A stretch of 64,000 bases of DNA from Candidatus Sericytochromatia bacterium (lineage in GTDB: Bacteria > Cyanobacteriota > Sericytochromatia > UBA7694): NCBI GenBank assembly GCA_018780035.1, contig JADMKE010000008.1, positions 7,778-71,777 of the forward strand. The letters are read 5' to 3'. The translations under genes were made by a program, and so were the position numbers. Below, one piece after another: positions 9,790 to 17,991 of the stretch; the first letter of the stretch is position 1; every line of letters starts with the position of its first letter. The notes beneath the pieces are model-generated. The model was not told the origin of the DNA. It saw nothing but the letters and a program-made list of their open reading frames with translations, and ran no database searches.

Positions 9790-10584
9790 ATGATGTCAGA
9801 TGAAATAAATACAATAGTTGAGCGGTTATTTCCCGAAAGGTTAATAGATCCTAATACTTTTGATCAATGGTGCAGAAGAATCCGCTCAGATATTTTTGGA
9901 GACGCTGCCAATCTTCTAGCTAAATTAGAGAATTGGCTCGAAGAACAAAAAGGAACTCTTAAAGCATCTGAACAGCTCAAAAGGGATTATTGGGAAATTT
10001 TTGGCGGCAATGGTGAAACGTTAATAAAAACACCACAGAGTATACGCTCGAAACTAGCTCGCGATTTCAAAACAGAGAGCATTACAGCTGAAAGAAAAAC
10101 AGAAGAGTTTCTTCGTACGAAAATATTAGAATTTAGTGATCTTGGACGGATAAGAATTGTCACTGATTTTTTTTCTGACACCAGCCTTCTAAAAGAGAAC
10201 ATGTTTGATGCAACTACCAGATTTTTACAAACTTATGAATGCCCCAAAGGAATCAAAGATTTTGTTTTTGATCCCTCAATGCGAGACGGACTGAAAGGAC
10301 ATCGGGCTTTTCAGTTTTCAGTAAGAATTCCATTAGATACAGAAACATTTGGTTTTGAGATTCAACTTATGACACGTTTGCAACACGCTTGGGACAGACA
10401 TAATCATCCTTTTTATGAATGGCAACGAGAAACCCCTAACTGGCAAGGCAATGCCAAGGCTGTTGAACTTGCTGTTAATGATTTTGCTTGCGCTGAAACA
10501 TTACATTTAGTAGATCGACAAGCCGATCAAAATTGGCAAAGTTTAAAAAATTTTCTTCAAGAGGCTAGAAGTACTGATGAATAA
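9790..10584 (+). CDS. RelA/SpoT-domain nucleotidyltransferase (small-alarmone-synthetase-like, candidate toxSAS-type effector)
   Basis: Within ORF 9685..10584 the SD AGAGGTGA lies 5-6 nt before ATG 9790 (MMSDEINT...). The synthetase-fold motifs DLGRIRIVTDFFSD (cf. DIAGIRVICYFxDD), GHRAFQFSV (cf. GYRSLHLIV) and FEIQLMTRLQHAWDRHNHPFY (cf. VEIQIRTxxMxxWAExEHKxxYK) are present. Confidence 0.75.
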   Translation: MMSDEINTIVERLFPERLIDPNTFDQWCRRIRSDIFGDAANLLAKLENWLEEQKGTLKASEQLKRDYWEIFGGNGETLIKTPQSIRSKLARDFKTESITAERKTEEFLRTKILEFSDLGRIRIVTDFFSDTSLLKENMFDATTRFLQTYECPKGIKDFVFDPSMRDGLKGHRAFQFSVRIPLDTETFGFEIQLMTRLQHAWDRHNHPFYEWQRETPNWQGNAKAVELAVNDFACAETLHLVDRQADQNWQSLKNFLQEARSTDE

Positions 10585-12055
10585 AAGTATGTATTTCAGT
10601 ATTATTATCAAAGATACATCCTCTGTCTCAAAAGGAATGGCTATTTGGATTCAATCCTCAAAAGATGAACTTCCTGGCGATAAAATTAAAGAACTTACAA
10701 AAGCGTCTCGAGAACTCAGTCTAATAGAGGGAGAGCAGCTGCAAACAGAGGTTTTAGTAGCATCCCCTACTTCTCTTGATATTCGTCCTATAAGCGAGTA
10801 TCTTTGGGGTGACGGTACACTGAATAGCTCTCGTTTGATTCGCCATCTTCAAGATTATAAATCAGGAAAAAGACCTCACCACTTTTTGCCAAGAGTGGGT
10901 ATTACCATTGTTATGGAAGAAGAGTTTATCGGTAGAAAAAGTGTCTTATCTGAACTCGAAGCCCACATTAAAGCTCATAAATCTTGTCATCTAAGGGCAC
11001 CTCGTCGCTATGGCAAATCCAGTTTACTCGGTATATTATCTACCAAATCAGATAATATAGTTATGCTGGAATTAAGTGATATGAGTACATTATCTGGATT
11101 TTTCAAGACCCTCTTAAGAGCCTGTATGCGTCATACCAAAGCCCAAGATATTCTCTTAGAAACGAAAATATTCCAATCCTGGCCAACTGAAAGTAGTCCA
11201 TCCAACTTTTCTCAAATATTCAATAAGGCCTTTGATGATTTAGAAAAAAAACACCAACACCAATTATTTAAAATAATACTTGAAACAATGGATATTTTAG
11301 CTGAAAATGGACTAGTTCTCTTTATTGATGAATTTAGTCTTTTTCTCAGGGATTTACACGAACATGACCAAGAGCAGTTAATTGTATTTCTTCAAGAGTT
11401 TCATCGACTTCGCACGAAAAAGTCTACGCCATTAGTTACCGTATTTTCAGGAAGTGCAGGGCTTTCCACCTATATGGAATTGTACGGGATGAAAGAGCTA
11501 TTTGACGACCTCATGACCGTAGATGTCTCTCCTATAAGTGCCAGTGAAGCCTACCTGCTTGCTGAAGAGTTGTTTTATGGGATGCAAAAACGTCCGATAC
11601 CAAATGCAATTGAGCGGCTAGTTGAATTTACGGGTATGGAGGAAACCATTCCTTATTTTGTACAGGCTCTGGCATCTTATACGTGTGAACAAGCGGGTTT
11701 AAGAAAGGAAATAACAACAGAAGATGTTGAAGAAGCCTATTATAATCGCCTATTGGGGCCAGCGGGAAATGTCTGTTTCCGTGATTTTATCTTGCGTGAG
11801 CGCACTTACCCTAAGGAATATCGATTGAGTGCATCCAATATACTCAAACACTTATCAAAAATGGCCCCTGCAATTGTAACGGAAGAAGACTTACAAAAGT
11901 TATGCAAAGGAGGATGTGAGTTGAAGAAACTCATGACCTGTTTGGAAGAAGATTACGATATTGTGCCAGAAGGTAGTGGCTGGCGAATGCGTTCCAAAGT
12001 AATAGCTGATCGTTGGCGACTGGGAGAACCTTGGTTGACCACTGGAGGTAAGTAA
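10577..12055 (+). CDS. P-loop ATPase of the Arch_ATPase (PF01637-like) AAA family
   Basis: FIGRKSVLSELEAHIKAHKSCHLRAPRRYGKSSLLGIL (Walker A GKSS) and VLFIDEFSLF (Walker B). The gene overlaps the upstream gene by 8 nt, consistent with translational coupling. An N-terminal ~120-aa extension of unknown function is present. Confidence 0.7.
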   Translation: MNKSMYFSIIIKDTSSVSKGMAIWIQSSKDELPGDKIKELTKASRELSLIEGEQLQTEVLVASPTSLDIRPISEYLWGDGTLNSSRLIRHLQDYKSGKRPHHFLPRVGITIVMEEEFIGRKSVLSELEAHIKAHKSCHLRAPRRYGKSSLLGILSTKSDNIVMLELSDMSTLSGFFKTLLRACMRHTKAQDILLETKIFQSWPTESSPSNFSQIFNKAFDDLEKKHQHQLFKIILETMDILAENGLVLFIDEFSLFLRDLHEHDQEQLIVFLQEFHRLRTKKSTPLVTVFSGSAGLSTYMELYGMKELFDDLMTVDVSPISASEAYLLAEELFYGMQKRPIPNAIERLVEFTGMEETIPYFVQALASYTCEQAGLRKEITTEDVEEAYYNRLLGPAGNVCFRDFILRERTYPKEYRLSASNILKHLSKMAPAIVTEEDLQKLCKGGCELKKLMTCLEEDYDIVPEGSGWRMRSKVIADRWRLGEPWLTTGGK

Positions 12056-15000
12056 TGGCTAGGCACCTCAATTATAATCCGGGCCGCGATTCGATCGAAT
12101 ACCTTGATGCGATTACACACGGAGAAAATCGTTTATATATTCTCGATCAGCTCTTGATCTCCTTGCGAGCCGAAATAGGTCGCCCCAACCATCAACATCA
12201 TCTATTAATTGGGCCCAGAGGAGCAGGAAAAACCCATTTACTCAGACTATTAACGGCAGGACGTATTCCACAAGAAGCAGGCTTGGCTAAAGCTTACTTG
12301 CCTTTGGTAATGCCAGAGGAAACATCTCTACGTACGCCAGGGGACTTACTTTTGAAATTCGTTGAACGGCTGGATAAGATTTTAAGTGATTCATCCCTTA
12401 TCCCAAGTACAGCTCAGCGCGAAGCAAGAGGAATTTGCAGCACAGCTCTCACAACAGCTAAAGCCATTCGCAACCCTCTTGAGCGCTTAAGTATCATGGC
12501 TGAAGCCTTGGATGCTGCAGCATCTACTTTAGGAAAGATTTTACTTCCGATCACTGAAAATATGAATCAAATTTTTTATCTAGGATCACAACGAAGTAGG
12601 CAGAGCACTTTAGCTGAACAATGGGCCTTACGTAGATATTTTCAAGAAACCCCTCATTTATTTTTAATTGCAGCAGCACCCAGTATTTTCGGCACAGTTG
12701 GTGATCCTGGTAAACCATTCTATGATTTTTTTCGTACCCACGAATTACAAGAACTCACCAATAATGAAGTCTTGGAGATTATTCATTTGAGGCTTCAACA
12801 AGAATTTCAAAATCCAAGTAACGATAAGCTCCGCTCTGAACGGGTTCATTGTCTACTTGAAAACTTCCATCAAAAATCCCCTCATTTAAGAGGTCTATTA
12901 ACAATTACTGGTGGACTTCCGCGTTTCACACATCTTATTTATGAAGTAATTGTTGAAACTGATGTTGATCAAGTCTTGGATACGCTCAATCATTTTCTGG
13001 ACGATTTAACTCCTTATTTTCAGACTAGGCTGGATCCTAGTATATTCCCACAAGCGGAAATGGATCTCTTGCATACTTTGGCTTTAGCCCGTGGTCCGCA
13101 ACAACCATCAGAACTTGCAGAAGAACTCTATGGGGTCGGCACCAACGAGATTTCTGAATTGTTGAATCGCTTGCAAGAACGGGGATTAGTCAAACGTGCA
13201 GGCAGACCTGGCGGAAAAGCTGTAACATGGGATCTAACTGAACCGTTATATCGGATTTGGACTCAATTTCGAAATTACCCAGATGAGAAAAATCTGTATA
13301 GATTCTTAAGTAATTTTGTATCTTTATTATTTAATATTGATGAAATAAAAAACGAAATAGATCAATTATCAGAAAAATTATCAATTTTATCAGAAAAAGA
13401 CCCTGGATGGAAACCCTATAAATCCAGGAAGAATCTTTTAGATGAGGCTTATTCAAAACTTATCTCAGAAACACAAAAACTGATAAATGATTTCATAAAA
13501 AAAATAAATAATGAAGAAACTGATTTACAAAAAACAATAAAAGAAATTCGCACAGAAAGCATAAATAACCCTAACAATATAATTTACCAATATAAGCTAG
13601 CATTGATAATTTTTAAATTAATCAGTAGCACACACGACAGTAACACTCAAAGTGAAAGTATTTTATTATTAGATGAATTAAGACAATTAAGCCATAATTT
13701 CCCTAAAGATAATTATCTAAAAGAAATATTATCTAAAAGTATTTTTAATATAATTGTAGATTTTATTAAAAATGAAGAAAATATAAAAAATTATACATCT
13801 CTAATAAATGAATTAAAAATAATGAGTGAAAAAAATACGAAAAACTTAACTATAGCAAAAGAATTCAGTAAAGCACTAGTAAATTTAACATATCATTATT
13901 CAAGAACAGAGGAAATAGATCCAATAAAAAATATTATGAATGATTTAGATATATTGAGTAAAAAATATCCTCTAGAGACATTTTTTCGTGAAAGCTTAGC
14001 TAATGCTTTTGTTAACTCAATATACATTTCAGTAATAACAAAAGATAAAAATTTATGCCTTTATTTTTTAAATGAGCTAAGAAAATTAAGTTCAAATCAC
14101 CCAAAAGAAATGATTTTGCATGAAAATCTCTCTACAGCATTGATGAACTCTATCAATGATCCTATGGACATATATGATATAAAAGATTATTTTCAGTTTT
14201 TAAATGAGTTACAGAACTTACATCAATCATATGTCAATGAAAAATCAATATTAGAAAATCTAGCAAGAGGTATTGTAAATGTCATTTCTAAACTTGGGAA
14301 GAAAAATAGAATTAATGAAGCTAATAAATTCTTAAAAAAAATAGAAGAATTAGCAAGTAAAAACCAAGAAAATAATGATTTACAATATATTTTATCTCAA
14401 TCAATTTTCAACATAATAATTTCTTTAGTTAAAAATAAAAATGTAAAAAAATCTTTAAAATACTTAGAAAAGTTGACTTTATTAAATAAAGTAGCAGTAA
14501 ATCCATTAATCCAGCACACTTTAGCAAAAGGTCTTTTTAATATAATCACAGAACTAGGAGATCTCGGCGAATTCAATATTGCGTTTAAATATTTTGAAGA
14601 ATTGCGCGAAATATCAATAAAAAATTCATTAAATTATAATATTATAGAAAATACGACAAAAGCATTAGTTAATTTAACTTATGATACTGCAAATAATAAA
14701 ATGGAAACTGAATGTTTATTATTTTTAAAAGAATTACATTTCTTGTATTTAGAACATTCTAATGAGTCATTTATACAACAAGGTTTAGCAAAAGGATTAA
14801 TCAGTGCCATTTATGGAATGATAAAAGTAGACAATTTTGATAAATATATGGTTTTATTAAATGAATTAATAACAATAAATTATAAACATTTTAATAATGA
14901 TTCTGTTCAAAAAATTACAATTCAAGGTTTTTTTAAAATAATATCTATAACAACCCGCAACTCTAACATCAGGTATTACCAAAAATTCTTAAATGCGCTA

Positions 15001-15297
15001 TTTGAATGGTTTAATCAATACTCTGATGAAAAAACCAGTGAAACCGTAAATAGTGTTCTAACAGTACATTGCATCTTATTGCTTTCACAAATGAAATCAG
15101 GAAACTCAGTCTCTGCTAAGGAGAATATGCAATGGCTGCAAACAAATATCCCGCATCAACTAACCAATCATCTTCAACCGATGATTTTAGCAATGAATAC
15201 ACTCGAAAAAGGAGAAGATCAAGCACTAGCACGTGAACCAGAAGAAATGCGACGTGTAGTTCGACTTATCTTAGAGGAGGCTGAAAAAAAACAATAA
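12055..15297 (+). CDS. STAND-like P-loop NTPase with wHTH and >=11 C-terminal TPR-like 34-aa repeats
   Basis: Start ATG overlaps the upstream stop (TAATG). Walker A LLIGPRGAGKTHLLRLL and Walker B-like HLFLIAAAP. A winged-helix segment (ELAEELYGVGTNEISELLNRLQERGLVKRAG) follows. From ~aa 420, tandem ~34-aa repeats (L.KG.FNII..L....N......YF.EL..LS..N) fill the rest, encoded by an extremely AT-rich (Asn/Lys/Ile) region at 13300-15000. Confidence 0.7.
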   Translation: MARHLNYNPGRDSIEYLDAITHGENRLYILDQLLISLRAEIGRPNHQHHLLIGPRGAGKTHLLRLLTAGRIPQEAGLAKAYLPLVMPEETSLRTPGDLLLKFVERLDKILSDSSLIPSTAQREARGICSTALTTAKAIRNPLERLSIMAEALDAAASTLGKILLPITENMNQIFYLGSQRSRQSTLAEQWALRRYFQETPHLFLIAAAPSIFGTVGDPGKPFYDFFRTHELQELTNNEVLEIIHLRLQQEFQNPSNDKLRSERVHCLLENFHQKSPHLRGLLTITGGLPRFTHLIYEVIVETDVDQVLDTLNHFLDDLTPYFQTRLDPSIFPQAEMDLLHTLALARGPQQPSELAEELYGVGTNEISELLNRLQERGLVKRAGRPGGKAVTWDLTEPLYRIWTQFRNYPDEKNLYRFLSNFVSLLFNIDEIKNEIDQLSEKLSILSEKDPGWKPYKSRKNLLDEAYSKLISETQKLINDFIKKINNEETDLQKTIKEIRTESINNPNNIIYQYKLALIIFKLISSTHDSNTQSESILLLDELRQLSHNFPKDNYLKEILSKSIFNIIVDFIKNEENIKNYTSLINELKIMSEKNTKNLTIAKEFSKALVNLTYHYSRTEEIDPIKNIMNDLDILSKKYPLETFFRESLANAFVNSIYISVITKDKNLCLYFLNELRKLSSNHPKEMILHENLSTALMNSINDPMDIYDIKDYFQFLNELQNLHQSYVNEKSILENLARGIVNVISKLGKKNRINEANKFLKKIEELASKNQENNDLQYILSQSIFNIIISLVKNKNVKKSLKYLEKLTLLNKVAVNPLIQHTLAKGLFNIITELGDLGEFNIAFKYFEELREISIKNSLNYNIIENTTKALVNLTYDTANNKMETECLLFLKELHFLYLEHSNESFIQQGLAKGLISAIYGMIKVDNFDKYMVLLNELITINYKHFNNDSVQKITIQGFFKIISITTRNSNIRYYQKFLNALFEWFNQYSDEKTSETVNSVLTVHCILLLSQMKSGNSVSAKENMQWLQTNIPHQLTNHLQPMILAMNTLEKGEDQALAREPEEMRRVVRLILEEAEKKQ

Positions 15298-15323
15298 ATT
15301 TCTCCGATTTTCCCTATTTCAAT

Positions 15324-16461
15324 TCAGGCAGCCCTATGGAAGTCATGATGATCGAAGCCGGAGGGAAGCGTTATAGTGATGAATGAAATTCCAAAGGGAT
15401 GCCTTATGGTGTTCAATTTTTTTTTCGAAAAAGAAAGCGTTTTCCGAATAATCCTGGATATGCGTTGACGAAAAGTATTATTAAGGCGCTCAATATAGCA
15501 GGTTTTTCCTTTTTCTTTTCCCACTGCTTTGTAGCGTTTCGGAGATAGGACCAGTGCATAGGCCTCCCAAAAATCTGTATGGATAAAAGCACAGCAATGC
15601 TGTCTCCATTGAATGGGTCAACGAAGCCCAGACCCGCTTGTTTTCTGCCTTGGGAGACTGGTACTCAGGGTCTTTGAGCAATGGATTCACCATTTGCGCT
15701 GCCGTACGTTTATGCGCTTGTGTGGTATAAACTGCTGCCACCGTAGCCAAGCGCTTTCGATTGCTCTTTTCACCCCGAGATAAGCGCTTTTCTAGCTTTT
15801 GGGAACGGGCTTTGTTCTGGGTCTGTGCAGTCAGACCTTCAAAACGCATGTTGACGCCCTTGCCATCAAAACTCATGACCAAATATTCTTCAGATTTGAG
15901 TTCGGGAGGCAGTGATTGGGCGTAAAACGCCTCAAAATCCACCATCGCACCCTCAACGCACTCAAGGGCTTGGCGCTTGGGAATATGCCCAGGATACAAA
16001 GGCAAAAGCTGCTCTGAGGCTGAATCGTAAGAAAGGTCAGCAACTTTGTGGCAGATTGTTTTCTGAAGCAGGAAACTGTAGCTGCTTGTCGGCAGGTTTA
16101 ACTCACTGTCGAGTGGGTGCTGAGAGCTTTGCCCATACTGGCTCAATGCGGGACGTTTGACGCCGACCTTGCCAAAGAGGGTCTGTAATTGTCGTTTGTG
16201 CAAGCGTTTGGCTGCAGGAGTTTTGGCTTGAGCGCTCAAGGTTACTTTATTGAGCTGGTCTTGAATGATCTGGCGCAGAACCTCTGGCCCTTGTGTTTTC
16301 ACATGGCTTTCGAGTTGGTAGACATCCCACTGGGGCTCCAAATGGCTACATAATTGTGTGAATTTTTCGATGGAGGCTTCAAATCCGGTCAAAGGCAGGT
16401 TATTATTGAGCATAAGTAGTTTGGTTTTTGGTTTCACCAAATACCATTTTTTTTTGCTCAT
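15324..16461 (-). mobile_element. Degenerate or frameshifted transposase gene (IS remnant)
   Basis: Two overlapping minus-strand ORFs in different frames (15490..16461, 323 aa; 15324..15524, 66 aa). The shorter contains CYIERLNNTFRQRISRIIRKTLSFSKK, resembling the C-terminus of IS1-type InsB (…[24 protein letters not shown]). The longer has a DGKGV.M / VAAVYT core. No inverted repeats were identified. Confidence 0.5.
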
Positions 16462-17983
16462 GGCTACCCCTTTCCCGCTCTACACATTGTTCTCAGGCCA
16501 AAAACCAAAAGGAACTACACCCAAAGCCAAACCCAAACTCCTGCCCTTTTTAAAAGCCGAAGATCAAGACCTCCGGGCATGGGCCTTTGACTATTTGAGT
16601 GAAAAACAGGCCTGGGAATGGTCTGAACTCTGGGCATTGCTCAACCAAGGTGATACCTGGAGTCAAAGCCGGGTCCTCAACTATTTGCCCACTGTCACCC
16701 CCTCTTCGGAAGCGGCCAAAGCGGAGTTGACTCCGTGGCTAGAAGCAAGATTGGCGCAGGCTTCGCCGGAAGAGCTATACCCCTTGAGTCAGATTCTGGC
16801 AACTTGGCAAATAAATGAACTGCTCTCGCCGTTCTTAAAGCGCTGGCAAGCGCTTTTGCAAATTGAAAAAAGCAGTTATTATCATGGCGCAATTTTTCCC
16901 CAATTGCTGTTTTGGCAGTCCCAGGCCGCACTTTCACTGTGTGAAGAGAAAGGGTTTGCAGACACATTCTGCTCAGACTGGGTCTTGGCGGGTAAATATG
17001 CCCCGGCTCAGTTTGCCACTTTTCAAAGCTGGCTTCAAAGCAAGCAAAGCCATCTGCCTTTATTGGCCCTGAAAGTGCTGAGTGAGACAAAAGTAGCAGC
17101 CCAAAGCCCGTATCTGCCCACAGTCAAAGCGTTCTTGCCCACAAATCAAGAACAACAGGTGGCCCGCTTGCAATACCTCTTTCGCTATCAGCAATACGAT
17201 TCAGCGGATTTCGAACACGTCATCAATTGGCTAAAAGGCGACGAAAATGGGCACCCTGGTTGGTCTGTGCTCAGGTATTTTCAAACCGAAGCTCTGCAAG
17301 CCCTGCTCAAGCGCTTGAATGAATTGCCCGTTTCTGTGCAAAGTGGTGTGGTGTCAGAAATTGCAGGCCGGGCAGAACCTCATTTTCAGGCAGATCTGGT
17401 CAGGTTTTTAAACCAGCCCGAGCTGGTAAAAGACGCAGCCTTGGGCCTGATTCACTTGGGAGCCCCCGAAGGCCAAAAATACATCCCCCGTTTATTGGCA
17501 GATTCAGACTCAGCGCAAGATACACTCACGTCTTTAAGTGAAATGCTCAAACAGGGCCCCTGCCCAGGTTATGCTTCACTGGCCGCTTTTTTAAAAAGTC
17601 CCCCAGATTGGGACTATAATGATTTGGATTATTATATTAGCCCAGTGCTGAGTGGCTGCGTAAAACACGACAAAACCTTTGCGGCCGAATTGCTCGCCCA
17701 CAAAGCAGAACAGGCCGAGGTTCTCAGAGAGTTCATCGACAAAGCCCTGGCGGCACATCCGGCCCAAATCGCGCCCGCATTTTTCCACAGCCAGGCAGAA
17801 ATCTTGAAAAAGAGCCTGGACGTTGAAGAAATTCTCAGCAGCCTGCATTGGCTGGGTCTCAGCGGGAATCCCGACTGGGTTCCCCTGGTCAGCCCGTTTA
17901 CGGGCGACAAAAACAAAGACATTGCCAACAAAGCCGAAGCTGTTTTAAACCAATTAAACCAACCCAAAGTCACTCAACGCTGA
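16460..17983 (+). CDS. Hypothetical alpha-helical (HEAT/ARM-like repeat) protein
   Basis: ORF 16358..17983. The ATG at 16460 (MATPFPLY...) overlaps the transposase start codon head-to-head by 2 nt. The protein is Leu/Ala-rich and helical with no catalytic motifs. Confidence 0.5.
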   Translation: MATPFPLYTLFSGQKPKGTTPKAKPKLLPFLKAEDQDLRAWAFDYLSEKQAWEWSELWALLNQGDTWSQSRVLNYLPTVTPSSEAAKAELTPWLEARLAQASPEELYPLSQILATWQINELLSPFLKRWQALLQIEKSSYYHGAIFPQLLFWQSQAALSLCEEKGFADTFCSDWVLAGKYAPAQFATFQSWLQSKQSHLPLLALKVLSETKVAAQSPYLPTVKAFLPTNQEQQVARLQYLFRYQQYDSADFEHVINWLKGDENGHPGWSVLRYFQTEALQALLKRLNELPVSVQSGVVSEIAGRAEPHFQADLVRFLNQPELVKDAALGLIHLGAPEGQKYIPRLLADSDSAQDTLTSLSEMLKQGPCPGYASLAAFLKSPPDWDYNDLDYYISPVLSGCVKHDKTFAAELLAHKAEQAEVLREFIDKALAAHPAQIAPAFFHSQAEILKKSLDVEEILSSLHWLGLSGNPDWVPLVSPFTGDKNKDIANKAEAVLNQLNQPKVTQR

Positions 17984-17991
17984 GCCTTCAG

